Below are positions 8,595 through 16,951 of a DNA stretch of 64,000 nt, piece by piece. Below the pieces are notes generated by a model that searched no databases, had not been told where the DNA came from, and worked only from the letters and a program-made list of their open reading frames with translations. The stretch comes from an uncultured Planctomycetota bacterium. GTDB lineage: Bacteria; Planctomycetota; PLA2; JAEUHO01. A program made the translations under genes and the position numbers. How positions within the stretch are numbered: position 1 is the first letter of the stretch; every line of letters begins with the position of its first letter. Location of the stretch: positions 436,601 to 500,600 of the forward strand of contig CAWDIE010000008.1 of assembly GCA_963802335.1 (NCBI GenBank). Direction: 5' to 3'.

Positions 8595-9758
8595 TCAGGC
8601 CGAGGGGACGAGCCCCCGCGCGACGTCCACGACCCGCCGTGCCGCCTCGTCGATCTCCTCCGCCGTCGTGGGGCGCCCCACGCTGAAGCGCAAGGTGCCG
8701 CGGGCGTAGTCGTGCGGCACCCGCATGGCCTCCAACACCGAAGAGATGGTCACGCCCGCCGCGTGGCACGCGGCGCCCGCCGAGACGAGGACGCCCTCGC
8801 CGAGCCCCGCGATGAGGTCGGCCGCGTTGACGCCGCGGAAGGACACGCTCAGCGTGTTCGGGAGGGAATCGTCGGGATCGCCGTTGCGTCTGAGGTCGAT
8901 CCCGGCCGTTGAGAGGTGGCGCCACAGCCGGTCTCGCAGCACCTGGCTGTGCTTCATGCCCGCATCCATCTCCTCGCGGGCGAGCTGGGCCGCGCGGCCG
9001 AGGCCGACGATCTCGAGGACGTTCTCCGTGCCCGCGCGTCGGCCCTGCTCGTGACCGGCGCCGTGGATGAGGGGGGGCAGGGCGACGCCGTCGCGCACGA
9101 ACAGGGCGCCGATTCCCTTGGGCCCGTAGAGCTTGTGCCCGGCCAGGGAGAGGAAGTCCACCCCGAGTGCCCGTACCTTCGTCGGGATCTTCCCGGCCGA
9201 TTGGGCGGCATCCGTGTGCACCAGCACGCCTCGCTCGCGGGCGATCGCGGCGATGTCGGCAATCGGCTGCAGCGTGCCCACCTCGTTGTTCGCGTGCATC
9301 ACGGTCACGAGGATCGTGTCGCGCTCGAGGGCGGCGGCCACGTCCTCCGGATCCACCCGCCCCCGGGCATCGACGCCCACCAGGGTCGCCCTCACACCGT
9401 CGGCCGCCAGCGCCCGGCACGGCGCGTGAACCGCGGGGTGCTCCACCGCGCTGGTGACGATGTGGGCGCTCTCCCCCCGGTGAAGGCGCGCCACGCCCTG
9501 GATCACCATGTTGTTCGACTCGCTGCCTCCGCTCGTGAAGACGACCTCCTCCGAGCGGCAGCCGAGCAGCCCCGCCACCTGAGCACGGGCTCGCTCGACC
9601 GCGTCGCGGGCTTCGCGCCCCAACGCGTGGCCGCTCGACGGATTTCCGAACCGCTCGTAGAGATAGGGCAGCATCGCGTCCCCGACCGTGGGGGCGATCG
9701 GGGTCGTCGCGTTGTAGTCGAGGTAGATCGGCGAGGCATCGCCGGGAGGGGGGATCAT
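8595..9758 (-). CDS. Cysteine desulfurase (NifS/IscS class I aminotransferase V)
   Basis: Inner part of ORF 8595..10163 from ATG 9758 (MIPPPGDASPIYLDYNATTP...). PLP-lysine context SLAGHKLYGPKGIGALFVR. Active-site Cys context SAGAACHA. The start lies 2 nt after the stop of the upstream S9 peptidase gene. Confidence 0.9.
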   Translation of the reverse strand: MIPPPGDASPIYLDYNATTPIAPTVGDAMLPYLYERFGNPSSGHALGREARDAVERARAQVAGLLGCRSEEVVFTSGGSESNNMVIQGVARLHRGESAHIVTSAVEHPAVHAPCRALAADGVRATLVGVDARGRVDPEDVAAALERDTILVTVMHANNEVGTLQPIADIAAIARERGVLVHTDAAQSAGKIPTKVRALGVDFLSLAGHKLYGPKGIGALFVRDGVALPPLIHGAGHEQGRRAGTENVLEIVGLGRAAQLAREEMDAGMKHSQVLRDRLWRHLSTAGIDLRRNGDPDDSLPNTLSVSFRGVNAADLIAGLGEGVLVSAGAACHAAGVTISSVLEAMRVPHDYARGTLRFSVGRPTTAEEIDEAARRVVDVARGLVPSA

Positions 9759-9760
9759 GG

Positions 9761-11818
9761 CTAGTCCTCCGTCGTGGGGGCCAGGAAGCGGCGAAGCCAG
9801 TCGAAGACCTCCTGGTACCACCGAAGCGAGTTCCGGGGCTTGAGGATCCAGTGGTTCTCGTCGTCGTACACGAGGAGGCGGGCGGGAATGCCCTTGGCCT
9901 TGAGTATCCCGTAGCAGATGCGCGCCTGGTCGGCGGGCACCCGATAGTCCTTCTCCCCGTGGATCACCAGCGTCGGGGTCTCGAGACCCTGCGTGTGCCG
10001 GGACGGGTCCCAGCGGTCGATGGCCGCCTGGTCCTCCCATGGCGCCCCGCCCATGGCTTGGGGCCAGCCGAAGGTCCAGTCCGATGCCCACTGGGTCGTG
10101 AGGTCGAACACGCCCGCGTGATTCACGGCGCAGCGGAAGCGTTTCGTCTGGCTGGAGAGCCACGCCGTCAGGTAGCCCCCGTACGAACCCCCGGTGATCG
10201 CCATGCGGTCCTCATCGACGCGACCCGACGCGACCAGCACGTCGGTGGCTCGCTGCACGTCGATCGCCGGCCGGTCGCCCCAGCCTCCCTGGATTCGCCG
10301 TGCGAAGTCGTTGCCCCACGACGTGGAACCCTGGAAGTTCACGCAGGCCACGACGTAGCCCTGGGCCGCGAAGGTCTGCGCGTGCCACCGCCAGTGCCAG
10401 GTATCGCCGAAAGTGCCGTGGGGTCCGCCGTGAATCAGGTGGACGAGGGGATGAGGTGCGTCTGCCTCCGTGGCGGGGGGGAGGACCACGTAGGCCTGGA
10501 CCTCCGCCTCCTGGGCGCCCGTGAACGTGAGGCTCCTCACCTCGCCGAACGCCACGTCGCGCAGCTCCTCGTCCGTGAAGCGCGAGACGTCCTCGAAGAC
10601 CCCATCGGGTGTGACGCGCTTCACCTCGGGGGGAGACGACAGGCTGTCGTGCAGGCAGTAGATCGTGCCGTCGGCCGCCGGGCGGGCATGGCGGGCAGAA
10701 CCGCCGCTCGTCAAGGCTTCGGGTGTGCCGGTGTCGTCGAGCGCGTTCCCTGGGAGCCGGAAGAGGCGCATGGAGCCCTCGTCCTCGGCGTGGAAGACGA
10801 GATCGCCGCCGGGCGCGAAGCACCAATCCGAGGGGGATCGATCCCAGCCCGTAAGGACCGGCGTGACTTCACCCGTCGCGACCGTCATGCGCATCAGGCG
10901 AACGCGGTCGGCGTAGAAGTCGGCATCCCGCGTCATGCCGAAGATCACCGATTCCCCGTCGGGCGCGTAGCGTGCGCCCTGTGAATCGGCGGGATGAGCG
11001 GCCGTCAGCAAGGTCGGCTGGCCGCCCGTGAAGGGAATCCGGAAGAGGTCGCGCCGTGGGCGTGCGCTGCCCGTCGGCGGTCGAATGCCGGTGAAGACGA
11101 TCTCCCGACCCGAGGGCGCGATCCGGTAGGACCCCGTGGGGTCCATCCAGTCGAAGTAGAGCCGGCTGTCGGGTGTGAGATCCCGCACATCGCGGGTCGC
11201 CGCGTCGAGGACGAAGAGGTGGGGGACCTTGCCTCCCGCCAGCCAGTGGTCCCAGAAGCGGCAGAGCCGATCTTCCGTGGCATGGACGCGGACCGGGTCG
11301 TCCTTGCGTCGCTCGACTTCCGTGCGCGTGGCCTCGATGCTCGGATGGTCGCCGAAAACGTAGGCACCGAAGACCAGGCCGCTCCCGTCGGGGAGCCACT
11401 GGGGATCGAACACGCCCAAGGGCATGTCCGTCGCCGGCTCCGCCTCCCCGCCCTCGAGAGGCAGCACGAAGAGCTGATGAGGACGGGGTGTCTCACCGCG
11501 CTCGGGGGCCGGGCGTGCGGTGAAGGCGAGCCGCCGACCGTCGGGGGAGAAGCGCGGCGTGGACGCGTCGCGTTCCGCACTCGTGAGCGGGCGACCGATC
11601 CCCCCGCCCGTCGGAATCAGCCAGATGCGCGAGCCCCCCACGTCCTGCTCGACGTCGTAGCGCGTTACCGGCACGGCGACGTGCCCGCCGGTCGGCGAGG
11701 GCTCGGGTGTGCCTACGCGCGCCAGCCGCCACAGACGGGCAGCGTCGCACGGACGCGTGCCGGGCTTGGCCGCATGGACGGCGTCGTCGCGGAGCAGACG
11801 GGGCGGCGGGGTCGTCAC
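9761..11818 (-). CDS. S9 family serine peptidase (prolyl oligopeptidase / acylaminoacyl-peptidase-like)
   Basis: ORF 9761..11818, 685 aa. N-terminal beta-propeller-like region (repeated SPDG/APDG blades). C-terminal alpha/beta hydrolase domain with nucleophile motif GGSYGGYL and later HGEKDYRVP. Confidence 0.88.
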   Translation of the reverse strand: MTTPPPRLLRDDAVHAAKPGTRPCDAARLWRLARVGTPEPSPTGGHVAVPVTRYDVEQDVGGSRIWLIPTGGGIGRPLTSAERDASTPRFSPDGRRLAFTARPAPERGETPRPHQLFVLPLEGGEAEPATDMPLGVFDPQWLPDGSGLVFGAYVFGDHPSIEATRTEVERRKDDPVRVHATEDRLCRFWDHWLAGGKVPHLFVLDAATRDVRDLTPDSRLYFDWMDPTGSYRIAPSGREIVFTGIRPPTGSARPRRDLFRIPFTGGQPTLLTAAHPADSQGARYAPDGESVIFGMTRDADFYADRVRLMRMTVATGEVTPVLTGWDRSPSDWCFAPGGDLVFHAEDEGSMRLFRLPGNALDDTGTPEALTSGGSARHARPAADGTIYCLHDSLSSPPEVKRVTPDGVFEDVSRFTDEELRDVAFGEVRSLTFTGAQEAEVQAYVVLPPATEADAPHPLVHLIHGGPHGTFGDTWHWRWHAQTFAAQGYVVACVNFQGSTSWGNDFARRIQGGWGDRPAIDVQRATDVLVASGRVDEDRMAITGGSYGGYLTAWLSSQTKRFRCAVNHAGVFDLTTQWASDWTFGWPQAMGGAPWEDQAAIDRWDPSRHTQGLETPTLVIHGEKDYRVPADQARICYGILKAKGIPARLLVYDDENHWILKPRNSLRWYQEVFDWLRRFLAPTTED

Positions 11819-11848
11819 GGGAGGCCTCCAGTTCGAGGAGGCCGGATT

Positions 11849-12781
11849 CTACGCGCTCCGGGGTGGTTGTTCGGTCCCGGGCGCGGCGAGTCCCTCCCAT
11901 CGCCCGGTCCGGATCGCGTCTTCGGGAGCGACGCCCTCCCGGAGCTTGTCGTAGTCCAGCTCGCTTCCGCGCAGGCTGTGGGGGATGAGGTAGACGATGA
12001 GCATCACCAGGGCCGCCACGATCACGACGATGCGTCGCCCCCCTCGCCGGCGGGGCCGCCCCACCGCGAGACCCAGGCAGGCGATGGCCCAGGCCAGCCA
12101 CATGACGAGCACCTTGTTGTCGGTCAGGTCCTGCCCGAACGGCCACCCCGTCCAGAAGGCTCCGAAGGCGTACTTCTGGACGATCGGACCGAGGACGAGG
12201 CCGCCGATCGTCATCAGGCCCAAGGTGGTCAGGGCGAAGCGCCTGAGGCCCGCGTGGCCGAGCAGGGCCGCCAGGGCCGTTCTAACCCCCACGAGCATCG
12301 CGATGAACATGAACGCGATGTGGGGGATGAGCACGCCCGCGGGCACGGGGTCCTTGTAGCGGAGCACCACGGTCTGCTCCCCAGGGCCGGGCACGAGCGA
12401 CTCGCCCTCCGCGTCGCGAACGACGAGGCGGTACTCGACCTTGCCCGCGGCTGGCTGCCGTGGGAGGTCGGCCCGCAGCACGTCCGACTCGCGCACGAAG
12501 ACCGACTCGATGAACGGGTCGCTCGTCGGGTAGCGCCGGGCGTGGAGGGTGGCCTCGAGGACGCTGTCCGTCGCGGGGATTTCGACGCGCGCGGCGTGCG
12601 TGGTATCGCCGCTTCGCACGAGACGGGCCTTCACGTCCTGGTCGCCGACACGGTAGGTGACCCGAAGGGGATGCGTCGGTCCCGTGAGGCGTTGGTAGAC
12701 CGCCGCGCCCGCCGTGATCACGAACGCGAGGCTCCAGAGAAGAAGGGACGCGAGGACGGAGGGGCGGGACGGCGTGCGCAT
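11849..12781 (-). CDS. Hypothetical membrane protein (N-terminal anchor, extracytoplasmic domain, C-terminal multi-TM block)
   Basis: Inner part of ORF 11849..12988 from ATG 12781 (MRTPSRPSVLASLLLWSLAFVITAGAAVY...). Later hydrophobic helices IPHIAFMFIAMLVGV, LTTLGLMTIGGLVLGPIV, VLVMWLAWAIACLGLAV, IVVIVAALVMLIVYLI. No family recognised. Confidence 0.6.
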   Translation of the reverse strand: MRTPSRPSVLASLLLWSLAFVITAGAAVYQRLTGPTHPLRVTYRVGDQDVKARLVRSGDTTHAARVEIPATDSVLEATLHARRYPTSDPFIESVFVRESDVLRADLPRQPAAGKVEYRLVVRDAEGESLVPGPGEQTVVLRYKDPVPAGVLIPHIAFMFIAMLVGVRTALAALLGHAGLRRFALTTLGLMTIGGLVLGPIVQKYAFGAFWTGWPFGQDLTDNKVLVMWLAWAIACLGLAVGRPRRRGGRRIVVIVAALVMLIVYLIPHSLRGSELDYDKLREGVAPEDAIRTGRWEGLAAPGTEQPPRSA

Positions 12782-12986
12782 GCCCAGGAGGGTACCCGTC
12801 ACGGCGTCCCGGCGGATCGCCGCGGCGATGAGTGTGCTAACGAATTCGCGCCGTAGGGGGGCCGAGACCCCGGTCTGGGGACGGTGCCACGGTCCGCGTC
12901 CGGCGGCCCAGGACTCCGGCGCAACCCGTGAAAAGCGACTCGTGGCAAGGGCAGACGTACGGCGGAAGAGTGGTACTCCTAGCCCC

Positions 12987-14696
12987 ATGAAGAAGCTCTC
13001 CTACGCGCACATGGGAGGGGACGAACCCCTCGTCGGCGTTCCCGTCTACACCTTCCTCCGCCGCGAAGCCGAGAACTGGATGAACCGCGAAGCGGCCGTG
13101 TTCATCCACCAGGATGTGCGGCTCACCTACCGTGCGTTCTTCGCCGAGGTGGACAAGGTCGCCAAGGGCCTCCTGAAGCTCGGCGTCCAGCGGGGCGACC
13201 GGGTCGGCATCTGGGCAACCGACAACGTGCAGTGGCTTCTCCTGCAGGTGGCGACGGCGCGCGTGGGGGCGATTCTCGTCAACATCAACCCCGCCTACCG
13301 CATCCGCGAGCTCGAGCACGCGTTGAAAGCCGCGCGCGTCCAGCATCTTTTCCTGATGCCGGCCTTCCGCTCCTCGAAGTACGCCGAGATGGTCGCGGAG
13401 CTGCTCCCCGAGGCCTCTTCCTGCGCGCCCGATCGTCTGCGCAGCGACAATTTCCCCGACCTGCGCCACGTCGTCGTCTTCGATCCGGCGGACGTCGATG
13501 GAACCCAGCGTCCGGCCCAGGGCTTCTACGTGTGGAACGAGTTCCTCGCCCTGGGTGTGGACGTGCCCGACACCGATCTCGACACCCGCAGCGACAGCCT
13601 GGATGCCGACGACCCCATCAACATCCAGTTCACGTCCGGGACAACCGGGTTCCCCAAGCCGGTGATGCTCACGCATCACAACATCCTGAACAATGCCCTC
13701 GTCGCCGGTCGTCAACTCGGGTTCACGCAGTGGGATCGGCTGTGCGTGCCGGTGCCCTTCTACCACTGCTTCGGCATGGTCGTTTCGAACCTCTGCTGCT
13801 TGGCGCGGGGCGCGGCCATCATCGTGCCCGCGGAGCACTTCGACGCCAAGGCCATCCTGGAGGCGATCCAGAACGAGCGCTGTACCGCCATCCACGGCGT
13901 GCCGACCATGTTCGTGGCCATGCTGGAGGTGCCGGCGTTCGAGAGCTACGACCTCTCCACGCTACGCACCGGGATCATGGCCGGCGCGCCCTGCCCCCCC
14001 GAGCTGATGAAGCGGGTCATGGGCGTCATGGGCTGCAGCGAAGTCCTCATCGGATACGGCCAGACGGAGGCGGCTCCCCTGACGCAGATGACGCACAAGG
14101 ACGACTCCTTCGAGAAGCGGGTCTACACGGTTGGAACGACCTCGCCGCATCAGGAGTCGAAGGTCGTCGATCCCGCGACCGGCGAGACCGTGCCGATCGG
14201 CGAGGAAGGCGAGATCTGCTTCCGCGGCTACAACGTCATGCGCGGGTACTACGGCATGGAGGCCGCGACGCGCGATGCGATCGACGATGGGGGGTGGCTC
14301 CACTCCGGCGACATCGGGGTCATGGACGAAGACGGCTATTTCCGCATCACGGGTCGCTTGAAGGAGATGATCATCCGCGGCGGCGAGAACATCTACCCGG
14401 CGGAGATCGAGGCCTACCTCTACGAGCACCCGAAGGTCTCCCAGGTCGGGGTGTTCGGCGTACCCGACGAGAAGATGGGCGAGGAGATCTGTGCCTGGAT
14501 CCAGTTGAAGGAGGGCGAGACCGCCGAACCCGAGGAGTTCCAGGCGTACATCAAGGGCGGCATGGCGTACTTCAAGGTGCCCCGCTACGTTCGCCTGGTC
14601 AGCGAGTTCCCGATGACCGTGACCGGCAAGATGCAGAAATTCAGGATGACCGAGGTCATGGCCGACGAGCTCCAGACACTGGTCAGCGAATCCTGA
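12987..14696 (+). CDS. AMP-dependent acyl-CoA synthetase/ligase (FadD/ACSF2-like)
   Basis: Inner part of ORF 12714..14696 from ATG 12987 (MKKLSYAHMGG...). AMP-binding signature IQFTSGTTGFPKPVMLTHHN, then GYGQTE, and the C-terminal GWLHSGDIG...ITGRLKEMIIRGGENIYP. Confidence 0.9.
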   Translation: MKKLSYAHMGGDEPLVGVPVYTFLRREAENWMNREAAVFIHQDVRLTYRAFFAEVDKVAKGLLKLGVQRGDRVGIWATDNVQWLLLQVATARVGAILVNINPAYRIRELEHALKAARVQHLFLMPAFRSSKYAEMVAELLPEASSCAPDRLRSDNFPDLRHVVVFDPADVDGTQRPAQGFYVWNEFLALGVDVPDTDLDTRSDSLDADDPINIQFTSGTTGFPKPVMLTHHNILNNALVAGRQLGFTQWDRLCVPVPFYHCFGMVVSNLCCLARGAAIIVPAEHFDAKAILEAIQNERCTAIHGVPTMFVAMLEVPAFESYDLSTLRTGIMAGAPCPPELMKRVMGVMGCSEVLIGYGQTEAAPLTQMTHKDDSFEKRVYTVGTTSPHQESKVVDPATGETVPIGEEGEICFRGYNVMRGYYGMEAATRDAIDDGGWLHSGDIGVMDEDGYFRITGRLKEMIIRGGENIYPAEIEAYLYEHPKVSQVGVFGVPDEKMGEEICAWIQLKEGETAEPEEFQAYIKGGMAYFKVPRYVRLVSEFPMTVTGKMQKFRMTEVMADELQTLVSES

Positions 14697-14718
14697 ACGA
14701 CGCGCCCGCCCGGGTACG

Positions 14719-16086
14719 ATGCCGGCCGTGGCTGCCCCCCCGGATCCCCCCCTGCCCGCTGGAACCCGCCTGGCGCACTACCAGGTGGACGAGCGAATCG
14801 GCGAGGGCGCCATGGGCGTGGTCTACCGCGCCCTCGACCTCGGTCTCGATCGCCCCGTCGCACTCAAGGTCCTGAAGGCGGGGATCGCCGAGGACGAGGT
14901 GTTTGCCCGCCGCTTCACCCGGGAGGCCCGAGCCGCCGCGCGCGTCGCGCACCCCAACCTGACGCACGTCTACTACGTGGGCGAGCAGGACGGGCGGCGG
15001 TTCTTCGCGATGGAGTACGTGCGCGGGCGCGACCTCGAGTCTTCGGTCGAGCAAGATGGCCCCATGCCCGTGAGCCAGGCGTTGGACATCGTGACCCAGG
15101 TGGCGCGGGGGCTCGGCGCGGCGCACGAGGCCGGGGTGGTGCACCGGGACGTCAAGCCCTCCAACATCCTCCTGCAGAACGACGGTCTCATCCGCATCAC
15201 CGACTTCGGCCTGGCGAAGGAGCTCGATGCGGACCTCTACGCGACGCAGGCAGGGTCGGTGACGGGTACGCCGATGTACATGAGCCCCGAGCAGTGCCGG
15301 GGACGGGATGTCGATGCCCGCAGCGACGTGTATTCGCTCGGCCTGACGCTCTACTTCCTCCTCTCGGGTAGGGTGCCTTTCGAGTCCGACTCGTTGGGCG
15401 AGGTGATCAACGCCCAGATCAACGAACCCCTGCCGGACTTGACCGCAGTCCGGCCGGATCTGCCCGTGGGCTTCCTCGACGCGCTCAGGAGGATCTGTGC
15501 CAAAGAGGTCGAGGAGCGTCCGGCCACCATGGCCCACGTCGTGGAGCTTCTCGACGACTACCGTCCGCGCCAGCTCCACCGGGCGCCGCTCGTCACGCGC
15601 ATCGCCGCGGCTGGAACGGACTTCGTGATCTTCCTCGCGTTTTCGGCACTCACCCAGATCCTGCTGAGCAAGCTCCTGGGGATCCCCGACTTGACCGATA
15701 CGCTCTGGGGAGGCATCGGCCTGTCCGGAGCGTTCATCGCCTATCACGTCATTGCCGAGACGCGCTGGCAACGCACGATCGGGAAGTGGCTGATGCAGAT
15801 CCACGTCACCTCGCGGGACGGCGCGCCGCCGCCCCGGCGACGGATCCTGCCCCGTTTCCTCCTGCGTTACCCGACGGCGGTGTTGGGTTTGTTCGCGCTG
15901 CCCCGCTTCTTCCCGCACGGCGAGTTGATCGCCTATGCCGTGGGGGGGCTGGCGGTCCTCCTGGGCATCCTCTGGTACGCCGCCTCGCGGGAGTACTCCT
16001 TCAGCGACGCGTTGACGAAGACGCGGGTGGCTTTCTCGATCCCTCGGGGGAAGTCTGCCGCCTCGCCGGACGACGAGGACCGCTGA
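14719..16086 (+). CDS. Hanks-type Ser/Thr protein kinase fused to a C-terminal RDD-family membrane domain
   Basis: ORF 14719..16086. Kinase motifs GEGAMGVVY, VALKVL, HRDVKPSNILL, DFGLAK, SPEQ. C-terminal 150 aa (about 15586..16010) RIAAAGTDFVIFLAF...WQRTIGKWLMQIHV...FSDALTKTRV match the RDD pattern with 3 TM helices. Confidence 0.85.
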   Translation: MPAVAAPPDPPLPAGTRLAHYQVDERIGEGAMGVVYRALDLGLDRPVALKVLKAGIAEDEVFARRFTREARAAARVAHPNLTHVYYVGEQDGRRFFAMEYVRGRDLESSVEQDGPMPVSQALDIVTQVARGLGAAHEAGVVHRDVKPSNILLQNDGLIRITDFGLAKELDADLYATQAGSVTGTPMYMSPEQCRGRDVDARSDVYSLGLTLYFLLSGRVPFESDSLGEVINAQINEPLPDLTAVRPDLPVGFLDALRRICAKEVEERPATMAHVVELLDDYRPRQLHRAPLVTRIAAAGTDFVIFLAFSALTQILLSKLLGIPDLTDTLWGGIGLSGAFIAYHVIAETRWQRTIGKWLMQIHVTSRDGAPPPRRRILPRFLLRYPTAVLGLFALPRFFPHGELIAYAVGGLAVLLGILWYAASREYSFSDALTKTRVAFSIPRGKSAASPDDEDR

Positions 16087-16087
16087 C

Positions 16088-16519
16088 ATGAGCCGCCCCA
16101 CGACCTCCTGGCTGCGCATCGTGGCGATCGTGATCGTGGCGATCGTCGTGTGGTGGGGGAAGCAGAGCCCCGAGTCGTCGACGGGGACGCGCCCGACGGA
16201 CGGGGCGCCTCCGATCGAGGGGTTTCGACCGGGCAGCTGGGTGGAGGTGACGGGACGCGTGCAGCGGAGCATCCGGGATGACACGCGCCCCCCGCGCCAC
16301 CAGCGCTTTATCCTCGAACTCCCGAGCGGGAACACCCTGCTCGTGGCCCACAACATCGACATCGCCCCCCGCGTGCCGGTCCAGGTCGGCGATGCGATCC
16401 AGATCCGCGGCGAGTACGAGACCAACCCGAAGGGCGGCGTGATTCACTGGACCCATCGCGATCCGGACGGGCGTCGCCCCGGGGGTTGGGTCCGTCACGA
16501 AGGCAAGCAGTACCGATAG
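16088..16519 (+). CDS. DUF3465-like small anchored protein
   Basis: ORF 16088..16519. The ATG lies 1 nt after the kinase stop. N-terminal TM (WLRIVAIVIVAIVVWW), then HQRFILELPSGNTLLVAHNIDIAPRVPVQVGDAIQIRGEYETNPKGGVIHWTHRDP, which I recall as the DUF3465 pattern (not verified). Confidence 0.65.
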   Translation: MSRPTTSWLRIVAIVIVAIVVWWGKQSPESSTGTRPTDGAPPIEGFRPGSWVEVTGRVQRSIRDDTRPPRHQRFILELPSGNTLLVAHNIDIAPRVPVQVGDAIQIRGEYETNPKGGVIHWTHRDPDGRRPGGWVRHEGKQYR

Positions 16520-16536
16520 GAAGGCGAGAGATCACC

Positions 16537-16824
16537 ATGAAAGCGCTGGCCGAGATCCAGGTCGTTCCCCTTGGCGTGGGTGTGAGTGTTCGCAAGGAGG
16601 TCAAGCGGGCCCATCAGCTCCTCAAGGAGGCGGGGCTCGTGGTGCAGTTGCACTCGTACGGCACGAACGTCGAGGGTGAGCTCGAGGACATACTCGCCGC
16701 CGTGGCGCGCATGCATGAGGTGCTTCATGCCGAGGGTGCCCCGCGACTCGTTACGTCCATGAAGATCGGTACCCGCACGGACAAGGATCCCAGCCTCGCC
16801 GGGAAGCTGTTCGAGACCCCCTGA
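16537..16824 (+). CDS. MTH1187/YkoF-family (DUF77) small thiamine-binding-like protein
   Basis: Inner part of ORF 16486..16824 from ATG 16537: MKALAEIQVVPLGVGVSVRKEVKRAHQLLKEAGLVVQLHSYGTNVEGELEDILAAVARMHEVLH. Typical about 95-aa ferredoxin-like MTH1187 family. Confidence 0.75.
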   Translation: MKALAEIQVVPLGVGVSVRKEVKRAHQLLKEAGLVVQLHSYGTNVEGELEDILAAVARMHEVLHAEGAPRLVTSMKIGTRTDKDPSLAGKLFETP

Positions 16825-16951
16825 CCGTCCGACCCGTCGGGCACGCCGCCCTCGACCGCTCGCTCGTGCCGACCCCCGTCGCGCGGAAGGCCGACGCGGG
16901 AATTGGAAGCGATTCGGGTAGACTACGGGCCTCTTGGAGCGGGAGGCAGGC

